Positions 35,529-43,299 of a stretch of DNA of 64,000 nucleotides are shown here, in pieces. The number at the start of each line of letters is the position of its first letter. The stretch's first letter is position 1. The notes under the pieces are model-generated. The model did no database searches. It was not told the DNA's origin and saw only the letters and a list, made by a program, of their open reading frames with translations. Made by a program: the position numbers and the translations under genes. Location: the NCBI GenBank assembly GCA_018712515.1, contig DVGW01000050.1, positions 1,119-65,118 on the forward strand. Direction: 5' to 3'. The stretch comes from Candidatus Aphodovivens avicola (GTDB lineage Bacteria > Actinomycetota > Coriobacteriia > Coriobacteriales > Eggerthellaceae).

Positions 35529-35649
35529 CTCGACGCTGCGAGGGGCTGGGGCACCCCGCCTTCACGCGATACCTAAGGCTTGCGTACCGAAGTGCGCTTC
35601 GCCTTCGTGATCCCGCGAATGCGGAGCACCCAGCCCCTCTCGCTGACTT
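35529..35649. repeat. Long-hairpin intergenic element, copy B
   Basis: Same termini and the central GCGTACCGAAGTGCGC. The stem sequence differs from copy A but stays complementary. Confidence 0.8.
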
Positions 35650-35666
35650 ATGCTTCACCTGGGATT

Positions 35667-36629
35667 TTATTTCACGATATTGCGGGGCCTTCCTTCGAGG
35701 AAGGCCTCTATGTTTCGGGCGACCTCGTCGAGGAGGCGCGCGCGGGCCTCGCGGGTCCCCCAGGCGATGTGCGGGGTGATCGCGACGTTGAGGTCGTGTA
35801 CCTCGAGCAGCGGGTTGTCGGGGCGCATCGGCTCCACCGCCACCACGTCGGCGCCGAACCCCGCCAGCTTCCCGGAGCGCAGGGCGTCCGCCACCGCGCG
35901 CTCGTCGACGAGCGTTCCGCGTGCGGTGTTGATCAGCAGCGCGCCGTCTTTCATCTGGGAGAGCGCTGCGGCGTCGATCATCCGCTCGGTCTGCGGCGTC
36001 GCCGGCACGTGCAGCGACACGACGTCGGAGCGGCGCAGGAGCTCGTCCAGCTCGACGTGGCTCACGCCGGGCGCCTCGAGATGGGGCTTGGGGCTGCGGC
36101 TGGCGAACAGCACCTCCATGTCGAACGCCCGCGCGATGCGCGCGACCGCCTGGCCGATGCTGCCCATGCCGACGATCCCGAGCGTCTTTCCCGCCACCTC
36201 GATGAGCGGCATGGCGTAGAAACAGAAGTCATGCGTGCGCGTCCAGGCCCCATCGAGCACCTGGCGGGTGTGCTTTCCGACGTTCAGGCACAACTCCAGC
36301 ATCAGCGCGATCGTCATCTGGGCGACATCGGGGGTCGAGTACGCCGGCACGTTGCAGACCGTGATGCCGCGTCGGCGCGCCTCGTCGAGATCGACGACGT
36401 TGTAGCCGGTGGACGCCAAGGCGATCAGCTTGAGGTCAGGCGACCAGTCGAGCGCCTCCTTATCCCAGATCACCTTGGTCGCGATGACGATCTCGACGCC
36501 CTTCATCCGCTCGCGCAGCGTCTCGCGCGGCGTGCGCTCGTACACGGTCACGTCGCCGTAGCGCTCGAACGCATCCCAGCTCAGGTCGCCGGGGTTGCAC
36601 ACGTACCCCTCCAGCACCGCGATGTTCAT
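35667..36629 (-). CDS. D-isomer-specific 2-hydroxyacid dehydrogenase
   Basis: 320 aa. NAD fold GIVGMGSIGQAVARIA and the catalytic R/E/H region. Confidence 0.85.
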   Translation of the reverse strand: MNIAVLEGYVCNPGDLSWDAFERYGDVTVYERTPRETLRERMKGVEIVIATKVIWDKEALDWSPDLKLIALASTGYNVVDLDEARRRGITVCNVPAYSTPDVAQMTIALMLELCLNVGKHTRQVLDGAWTRTHDFCFYAMPLIEVAGKTLGIVGMGSIGQAVARIARAFDMEVLFASRSPKPHLEAPGVSHVELDELLRRSDVVSLHVPATPQTERMIDAAALSQMKDGALLINTARGTLVDERAVADALRSGKLAGFGADVVAVEPMRPDNPLLEVHDLNVAITPHIAWGTREARARLLDEVARNIEAFLEGRPRNIVK

Positions 36630-36690
36630 TCCGCCTTGCCTCCGATCCTGATTTCCGACAAAGCCCTTGCTGGTCCCGTCTGGCGTAACG

Positions 36691-36792
36691 CGCCGTCATG
36701 CGGTGGCATACGCCGTCGAGCAACGGCATGCGCCGTCATGCGGCGGCATGCCTCGTCTAGCGGCGGCATGCCGCGCGTCGATCGAAACCATG
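36691..36792. repeat. Tandem 20-nt direct repeats (4 good units plus 1 degenerate)
   Basis: CGCCGTCATGCGGTGGCATA / CGCCGTCGAGCAACGGCATG / CGCCGTCATGCGGCGGCATG / CCTCGTCTAGCGGCGGCATG / degenerate unit. They begin 62 nt upstream of the dehydrogenase start. Confidence 0.85.
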
Positions 36793-37160
36793 CCATGTTG
36801 CGCGACGGAAACCGGCGCGCAGACGAAAGCCGGTCCGCGTTGCACGACGAAAGCCGGGCCGCAAGCCGCAATCGCGCTATATCGAAAGATGATGCCACAA
36901 TGGCCCCTTCGCTCGACCCATTGTTTCGATTTAGCGCGATTGTTTTAGGCGCTTGAAGAGAAGGGAAAGGCCGGCGTGGTTGTGACCTGGGGCTATAGCA
37001 GAAGGTTGACGGGCGATGTTCCGGTTGGGAAACGCGGTTCGCGCTAAATCGAGCAAACGCGCTTTCAGATGGTTGGGATTTGGACGTGTTTGGCGATTTA
37101 GCGCGAATCCGATCGTGCGAATCCGAGCATGGCTCGGGAGTGGTCTGGGGGGAGCTCCAC

Positions 37161-37289
37161 GCGGCGGTGGAATACCGTCAATGAGCAATGGGGTCGGACA
37201 CGCTTTTTGTCCTATAACCCGAATTTCATGCGGCGGTGGAGTGCCGTCGATGAGCAATAGGAGTAGGCGCGCTTTTTGTCCTATAACCC
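37161..37289. repeat. Two tandem ~60-nt units, period 69 nt
   Basis: GCGGCGGTGGA.T.CCGTC.ATGAGCAAT.G...GCTTTTTGTCCTATAACCC occurs at 37161-37220 and 37230-37289. Confidence 0.85.
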
Positions 37290-37400
37290 GGGTCTGTCCG
37301 ATAGGGGGAACGGCGGTCGAATGGAGGGATCTGCATTGGCAGGGCCCGGGATGCACGTTTTGGCCTATAGCTCAACGATCAGGTTTGATCGCGGGGATGC

Positions 37401-37529
37401 AAAAGAAGCGGCCCGGCGGAGAGGGGAGCTCCGCCGGGCCTAAGGAGGGGATGATGCGATGCCTTGCGCATCGCTCTGCTTTAAGGGATAAGCAGAAGCA
37501 AGGGGAGGAGGGGAACCTCTCGCTTGCTG
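37401..37529 (-). ncRNA. Candidate C-rich-motif small RNA, copy 1
   Basis: Minus strand. -10 TATACT (37536-37541). Hairpins GCGATGC/GCATCGC and CTGCTT/AAGCAG. Motifs UUCCCCUCCUCCCC and AUCCCCUCCUUA. Terminator GGCCCGGCGGAG-CUCCCCU-CUCCGCCGGGCC followed by GCUUCUUUU. Confidence 0.45.
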
Positions 37530-37879
37530 GCTCACAGTATAGCGAACGCCGTTGGAGACCGTATGTGCGCCCCGTGGCTGTTTTGTGAATTTGCACCCTC
37601 ATAAGTAACAGTTAGGTAAAAAGCGGGCAAAAAATCGCCGGGAGAAGGGGATGAGCATGGGGGCGGGCGAGGATGCGAACGCGGGCGCGGATGCGGATAC
37701 GGGGGAAGGTGCGGATGCGAACGCGGATGCGGGTGCGGATGCAGCGTTACGTTGAAGGCGCGGGGGTGGAGACGGGCATGGAGGTAAAAACGGGTACGGC
37801 GCAGATGCTGGTCTGGGGGTGGAGACTGGCACGGAGCGGGCGCTGACGAGAACGCAGAGGCGAGGGGCGGGATGCGGGC

Positions 37880-38002
37880 AAAAAAGGGCCCGGCGGAGAG
37901 GGGAGCTCCGGCCGGGCAACAAGGAGGGGATGACGCGATGCGCAGTGCATCGCTTCTGCTGAAAAGCAGAGCGCCTGAAAGGAGGGGAGCCTCTCAACCG
38001 CT
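37880..38002 (-). ncRNA. Candidate C-rich-motif small RNA, copy 2 (paralogue of copy 1)
   Basis: Minus strand. -35 TGGGCA (38032-38037), 17-nt spacer, -10 TATAAT (38009-38014). Hairpin GAGAGG-CUCCCCU-CCUUUC. Two conserved internal hairpins with different loops. Linker AUCCCCUCCUUG. Terminator with a CUCCCCU loop followed by six U. Confidence 0.5.
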
Positions 38003-38374
38003 GCATTGATTATAGGACGGGGTCTTACCGATGCCCACCCCGCGCCGCGGTCGGCGCGAGATGCTCGGCGAAATGCACGGCGCGTGGCCTGCGGCGCCGT
38101 TCGCCCTCCGATACGTTCCGCCGGCCCGCGGATGCGCCGGACGCTGCCCCGAGGCGTCGTGCGGTGCTCGTGACGAATCAGCGCGTTGCCATGCCGCGCA
38201 TGCGATGAACCTGCGGAAACCGGGGCGCGCGGGTGGCAGCGGGCATGCCGTTCACGTATGATAGCCAGATGGCGGCGCGAATGCCGCCAGCGAAGCGAGC
38301 TCTCGCAGGTCCCGCCCGCGGGCAGCGTCGGCGCTTCGCCCCATACGCATCTCTCGCTGACAAGGAGGGCTTCC

Positions 38375-39280
38375 ATGCCCGATATCCAAATGCGCTTCGA
38401 CAAGGACATGCTCGTCCTGTCCGCGCCCCTGCGATCCGTTCTGGTCCGCCAGGGCGTCGACGTTGACCGCGATCTGGAGTACATGCTGCTGGTGGAGCCG
38501 GAGGCGCTGCGCGACACCGTGCGCATGGAGAAGATCGCCGGCGCCCAGTGCCTCGTCGCCGCGACCGAGGGGATCGCGCCCGCGCGCCTGGCCCACAAGG
38601 GGATGGAGGAGCGCGGAACCGAGCTGGCGCTTGCCGCCCTCGGCATGCTCCGCCCGCTGAAGCCCCAGCACCTGCTCGCGGAGATCGGCCCGTGCGGCCT
38701 GCCGCTCGACGGTTCGAGCGCCGATTCCCTCAACGAGAACCGCGCCCAGTACGCGCGCGCCGCCCATGCGTTCGACGGGCAGATGCTCGACGCGCTGTTC
38801 CTCACCGGGTTCAAGCGTCCCGACGACCTGAAGTGCGCCCTTATGGGCCTGCGCCAGGTGACCGACATCCCCGTGTTCGCGTCCGTCGACGTGGACGGCG
38901 CGGGAATGCTGCCCGACGGCCGCACCTCGATCGAGGAGGCCGTCGCGCTGATGGCCGAGTTCGGCGCGTCGGTTGTCGGCTTCGAGTGCGCCGCGCCCGA
39001 AAGCGACGTTGTCGCCGTCGCCCGCCGCGCCGCTGGGGCGTGCGATCTGCCCCTGGTCGTCCAGCTGGAGGTCCTCCGCCGCGATCCCAAGCAGGGCGCG
39101 GCGTCCGAGGAGAACCCCTACTACTGCGCCGACACCATGGTCTCGGCGGCGCTCGCCCTGCGGGCGGCCGGCGTCCAGTTCCTGCGCGCCACGGGGGACG
39201 CGTCGCCCGCCTACACCGGCGCCCTCGCCGCCGCGGTGATGGGGCTCGACGTGGCGCTTTCGACCGGGCAGGAGCGCTAG
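38375..39280 (+). CDS. Homocysteine S-methyltransferase (Hcy-binding) domain protein, possibly degenerate
   Basis: Trimmed to ATG 38375 (RBS AAGGAGGG). 301 aa resembling the MetH N-terminal / MmuM fold. The GGCCG zinc motif appears to be replaced by RATGDAS. Confidence 0.6.
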   Translation: MPDIQMRFDKDMLVLSAPLRSVLVRQGVDVDRDLEYMLLVEPEALRDTVRMEKIAGAQCLVAATEGIAPARLAHKGMEERGTELALAALGMLRPLKPQHLLAEIGPCGLPLDGSSADSLNENRAQYARAAHAFDGQMLDALFLTGFKRPDDLKCALMGLRQVTDIPVFASVDVDGAGMLPDGRTSIEEAVALMAEFGASVVGFECAAPESDVVAVARRAAGACDLPLVVQLEVLRRDPKQGAASEENPYYCADTMVSAALALRAAGVQFLRATGDASPAYTGALAAAVMGLDVALSTGQER

Positions 39281-39281
39281 G

Positions 39282-39557
39282 GTGTCCGCAGCCGCGGCCA
39301 ACATCCAGCGCAGCGACCATTACGGCGAGCTGCAAAACGTCGTCGACGCGCTGTTCGCCGAGGCGGACTCGCCGCGCTACACAGTCCGCCGCCTCGACGC
39401 GGTCCTCGCCGCCGAGGCAGCCGATCTGCCCGAGGAGCTTCTGGAGGTCGTCCGCCTGCTGCCGCCGAGCACCTTCACGCGCCAGCGCCTGTGCGACCAG
39501 CTCAACTCGTCGATCGGCGGGCATGCCTGGGGCCAGGTCTACGGCACCGTCGAGTAG
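39282..39557 (+). CDS. Hypothetical protein, 91 aa
   Basis: GTG start 2 nt after the upstream stop. GC-rich third positions. No family assigned. Confidence 0.45.
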   Translation: MSAAAANIQRSDHYGELQNVVDALFAEADSPRYTVRRLDAVLAAEAADLPEELLEVVRLLPPSTFTRQRLCDQLNSSIGGHAWGQVYGTVE

Positions 39558-39592
39558 CGAGTAGCGAGTAGCCTTCGGAAGGGGGATGGCGC

Positions 39593-40432
39593 ATGGAAAC
39601 CGGCTCCAACGGCACCGCGGCTGCGCAAGCGGTCGACGCCGATCCTACGATGCTCGAAGAGCCCGTCGACGGGCTGCTGGCCTTCGTCCGCAACATCGTC
39701 CCCGTCGACTGGCTCAGCACGCTCATCGTCATCGTGATCGCGCTCGCCGTCACGGCGGTGGCGGCGCGCCTTGCGGTCAAGCTGATCCGGCGTGTGCTCA
39801 GCCACGATTCGGTTCCCCTGCCCTCGTCGTCGATCTTCGCCAACATCGTGCGCGTGGTGGTGTGGGCGATCGGCGTGAGCGTGATCCTGTCGAGCTGCTT
39901 CGGCGTGGACGTGACCGCCGCGGTCGCCGCGCTGGGCATCGGCGGCATCGCCATCTCCCTGGGCTTCCAGGACACCCTGTCGAACCTGATCAGCGGCTTG
40001 CAGCTCTCCATCATGGGCATCATCGAGCCGGGCGACAACGTGGAGATTGGCGGCCAGCGCGGCATCGTGCGCGATGTGACGTGGCGCCATACGACCATCG
40101 TGTCCTCGACGGGGGAGACTATCGTCGTGCCGAACTCGGTGCTGAACACTTCGGCGCTTGTGCAGCTTCCGCCGCCGCGCAAGGTGGTCGTGCCGATCTC
40201 GGTCGTCGCCAGAGGCGACGAGCTCACGGAGGTCTCCGCCGCCATCGCCAACGCCGCCGCCGACGCGGCGCGCGCGGTGGGCGGGGTGGAGGGCGAGCCC
40301 AGCGTCCAGTTCACCGACGTCACGGCGTTCGGCTTCACCGGCAACGTCGTGGTGTGGATGGAGGAGGGCGCCGATCCCGCCGCCGCGAAGGACGCGGTCG
40401 TGCGCGCGGTGGCGCCGCTCACGCGCGCATAG
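39593..40432 (+). CDS. Mechanosensitive ion channel (MscS family)
   Basis: TM helices followed by ALGIGGIAISLGFQDTLSNLISG and the beta domain. Confidence 0.85.
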   Translation: METGSNGTAAAQAVDADPTMLEEPVDGLLAFVRNIVPVDWLSTLIVIVIALAVTAVAARLAVKLIRRVLSHDSVPLPSSSIFANIVRVVVWAIGVSVILSSCFGVDVTAAVAALGIGGIAISLGFQDTLSNLISGLQLSIMGIIEPGDNVEIGGQRGIVRDVTWRHTTIVSSTGETIVVPNSVLNTSALVQLPPPRKVVVPISVVARGDELTEVSAAIANAAADAARAVGGVEGEPSVQFTDVTAFGFTGNVVVWMEEGADPAAAKDAVVRAVAPLTRA

Positions 40433-40484
40433 TTTTACCTGCTTTTGATTCGGGCCGATACCGCTATGAAGTAGAATACGAGCC

Positions 40485-41177
40485 ATGATTTACTACGTTG
40501 AAGACGACACCAACATCCGCGACCTGACGATCTACGCGCTTCGCCAGGCGGGATTCGAGGCAGAGGGCTTCGCCGCCGCGTCCGAGTTCTTCGAGGCGTG
40601 CAGGCGCCAGCTGCCCGAGCTCATCCTCCTCGACATCATGCTCCCCGAGATCGACGGCCTCGAGATCCTCCACATGCTGCGCGAGGACTCCTCCACCAAA
40701 AACCTCCCGGTGATGATGCTCACGGCCAAAGGCACCGAGTTCGACACGGCGAGCGGCCTGGACGCCGGCGCCGACGACTACCTGGCGAAGCCGTTCGGCA
40801 TGATGGAGCTCGTCTCGCGCGTCAACGCGCTCCTGCGCCGCGCCGCTGCCCCGGCGGTCATGGCGGACGACGAGCTGACCTGCGGGCCGGTCGTGCTGCG
40901 CACGGCGGCGCATGCGGTCGAGGCGGGCGGCAACCCGGTGACGCTCACGCTCAAGGAGTTCGACCTCCTGCGCACGCTCATGGTGAACAACGGCCGCGTG
41001 CTCACGCGCAGCCAGCTGCTCGAAGAGGTGTGGGGCATCACCTATGTCGGCGAGACGCGCACCGTCGACGTCCACATCCAGACGCTGAGGCAGAAGCTCG
41101 CCGCCGCCTGCCCGGGCGCCGACGCCTGCATCGGCACGGTCCGCGGCGTGGGCTACTGCTTGAAACGCCCCTCGTAG
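40485..41177 (+). CDS. OmpR/PhoB-type response regulator
   Basis: Receiver domain LILLDIMLPEIDG. Winged helix RTVDVHIQTLRQKL. Confidence 0.9.
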   Translation: MIYYVEDDTNIRDLTIYALRQAGFEAEGFAAASEFFEACRRQLPELILLDIMLPEIDGLEILHMLREDSSTKNLPVMMLTAKGTEFDTASGLDAGADDYLAKPFGMMELVSRVNALLRRAAAPAVMADDELTCGPVVLRTAAHAVEAGGNPVTLTLKEFDLLRTLMVNNGRVLTRSQLLEEVWGITYVGETRTVDVHIQTLRQKLAAACPGADACIGTVRGVGYCLKRPS

Positions 41178-41190
41178 CGAGGCGCCGCGC

Positions 41191-42660
41191 ATGATCGCGA
41201 AGTTCTCCGGCTCCCCGCTCAAGGTCAAAAGCCTGGCGGGGCGCATCTTCATCAGCGTCCTCGCCTTCGTCCTCGTCACGATCATCGCGGTGGCGCTCGT
41301 CCTCACGTCCGTGTTCTACCTGTTCTCCGCCGGCGAGGGGGAGGACAACCTGATGCGTCAGGCGCGCGAGGCGGCGGCGATGCTCCAGGACGCCCCCGAC
41401 GACCAGGCCGAAGTTGACGAGCTGCGCTGCCAATTCGACGGGGAGATCCGCTACACCCTCATCAACGCGGACGGAGACGTGCTGTTCGACAGCGACGCCG
41501 ACGAGGGCGTGATGGAAAACCATGCGAACCGCCCCGAGTTCGTCGAGGCCCGCGAGCGGGGCGAGGCGCTCAGCGTGCGCTTCTCCTCGACGCTTCAGAC
41601 CGACACCGTGTACGCGGCGGTGCTGCTCGACGACGGCGACGTGATCCGCCTGTCCGAATCGCGCGCCTCCTTGGTCGCGTTCATGAGCAGCATGGTGGTG
41701 CCGGCGATCATCATCACACTGGTCGCGGCGGTCCTAGCCTTCGCGGTGTCGCGCCTGCTCACCAAGCACATCATGAAGCCCATCGACGCGCTCGACTTCG
41801 CAAACCCCCTCGAGAACGAGATCTACGAGGAGATGGACCCGCTCCTGTTCCGCATCGACGAGCAGCAGCGCCAGCTCAAGCAGCAGAACATCGAGCTCGC
41901 GCAGGCCGAGAGCATGCGGCGCGATTTCTCGAGCAACGTCAGCCACGAGATGAAGACGCCGTTGCAGGTGATCTCGGGCTACGCGGAGCTGATGAAAAAC
42001 GACATGGTGGATCCCGAGGACCGCCGCAAGTTCGCCGGCCTCATCTACGACGAGGCCCAGGCCATGCGCCTGCTGATCAACGACGTGCTGACGCTGTCTC
42101 GCCTCGACGAGACGACGCTCCAGCAAACCGACGCCAAGCCCATCGACCTGGCCGCGCTGGCGCGCCGCGTGCGGATGCGCCTGGAGAGCTTCGCCGCTGA
42201 GAAGGTGGTGCGGGTGAAGGTGACGGGCGATCCCGCCTACATCATGGGCAACGAGACCATGGCGGAGGAGATGCTCTACAACCTGCTGGAGAACAGCATC
42301 CGCTACAACCGCACCGGTGGCGAGGTCCATATGGCGATCTCGCGCGAGAAGCCCAAGCCGGGCAACATCTTCGCCGAGGGAGGGCGTCTGGAGGCGCCCC
42401 ACGGCGTCATCGTCGTGCGCGTGAGCGACACGGGCCGCGGCATCCCCGAGGAGTACCGCGAGAAGATCTTCGAGCGCTTCTTCCGCGTCGACAAGAGCCG
42501 CTCCAAGGACACCGGCGGAACCGGCCTGGGCCTGGCGATCGTCAAGCACACGGTGCTGTACCATCACGGCACGATCAAGGTGGAAAGCGAAGAGGGCAAG
42601 GGGACGACGTTCACGCTGAGGTTCGCCGCCGTGGAGCCTTTGGAGGAGGACGGCCGATAG
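41191..42660 (+). CDS. Sensor histidine kinase
   Basis: Two TM helices. H-box SHEMKTPL. N, G1 and G2 boxes (GGTGLGLAIV). Confidence 0.9.
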   Translation: MIAKFSGSPLKVKSLAGRIFISVLAFVLVTIIAVALVLTSVFYLFSAGEGEDNLMRQAREAAAMLQDAPDDQAEVDELRCQFDGEIRYTLINADGDVLFDSDADEGVMENHANRPEFVEARERGEALSVRFSSTLQTDTVYAAVLLDDGDVIRLSESRASLVAFMSSMVVPAIIITLVAAVLAFAVSRLLTKHIMKPIDALDFANPLENEIYEEMDPLLFRIDEQQRQLKQQNIELAQAESMRRDFSSNVSHEMKTPLQVISGYAELMKNDMVDPEDRRKFAGLIYDEAQAMRLLINDVLTLSRLDETTLQQTDAKPIDLAALARRVRMRLESFAAEKVVRVKVTGDPAYIMGNETMAEEMLYNLLENSIRYNRTGGEVHMAISREKPKPGNIFAEGGRLEAPHGVIVVRVSDTGRGIPEEYREKIFERFFRVDKSRSKDTGGTGLGLAIVKHTVLYHHGTIKVESEEGKGTTFTLRFAAVEPLEEDGR

Positions 42661-42770
42661 GGCCGGACGCCCCACGCGTGCCGCGGGATGCGCACGCCTG
42701 CTTTCATCTTGCCAGCACGGGACGGCATGTCAAGTCTTTTATTTGCCGACGCGTGGCCTATACTCATAGG

Positions 42771-42950
42771 TAGGTTCCGCCCTCGGATCCATACTTTTTG
42801 CGATGGACCGACGTATTACGCTTAGGGAGCTCAAGATAGCGAGTGAAACGGAGATTCGCATCCGTTGATGCGAAAGCCGGGAAGCAAGCTGCGAGCACCC
42901 ACCTTCCGAGGTGGGTTCATCCTTCTGGCCGGGGGTGGGGCTTTTCTTTT
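42771..42950 (+). ncRNA. Candidate structured RNA or riboswitch-like leader (unassigned)
   Basis: -10 TATACT (42759-42764). Hairpins GCATC-cgtt-GATGC and CCCACC-ttccga-GGTGGG. An alternative pairing AGCaCCCACC/GGTGGGGCT is followed by TTTTCTTTT. Some segments loosely resemble ykkC-class motifs. Confidence 0.25.
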
Positions 42951-42979
42951 GTTCCGCGTGCCTACGGCTCGCGGAACCG

Positions 42980-43188
42980 CTCGACGCTGCGACGCCCTCC
43001 GGCACCGGATCTTCGCGCGATCCCGAATGTTCTGCACAAACGAGTTGCGCAGAACGCGCCCGCTCGGGCGCATGGATGGGGATCGAACAAGCTGGAGGGC
43101 TTGTTCGATGCGTACCGAAGTACGCTTTGCCCTCGCGATCCCCGCGATCTCCGGCACCAGGGCCCTTCTCGCCGACGTATGCTCGACC
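42980..43188. repeat. Long-hairpin intergenic element, copy C (expanded)
   Basis: Termini CGACGCTGCGACG...CTTCTCGCCGACGTATGCTC and the central GCGTACCGAAGTACGC, with extra internal sequence. Confidence 0.7.
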
Positions 43189-43299
43189 TAGGCGAAAAAA
43201 AGCCTGCTGAGTCTCTTGTTCGGGTTGTTCCGTGCGATCCCTCGATACGTTTCGGTCTTCTTGAGGGGCAAACAGGCGTTCGTGTGGTACCATGCGCTC

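Noticed and set aside
37442-37590. Short plus-strand ORFs starting at AAGGAGGGGATG inside the two sRNA-like units (MMRCLAHRS... and MTRCAVHRFC).
   Set aside because: The two ORFs differ greatly in length (10 versus about 45 codons) and only the hairpin-encoding part is conserved. The terminators and promoters are oriented for the minus strand. I kept this as an alternative hypothesis under that finding.
36691-37760. A possible CRISPR array, suggested by the regular repeats.
   Set aside because: The 20-nt units are directly tandem with no spacers, and the other repeats have irregular spacing and only two or three copies. There are no cas genes, and the repeat length and architecture do not fit CRISPR.
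42771-42950. SRP (4.5S) RNA, c-di-AMP (ydaO) riboswitch or c-di-GMP-I riboswitch as the identity of the HK-rarA structured region.
   Set aside because: The conserved cores I remember (the GGAA tetraloop and AGCA loop of SRP helix 8, the ACGGGG/GAAUC blocks of ydaO, GGCAAACC...ACGCAAAGCC of GEMM-I) are not present in the right arrangement. On the minus strand there is no downstream gene for it to regulate.
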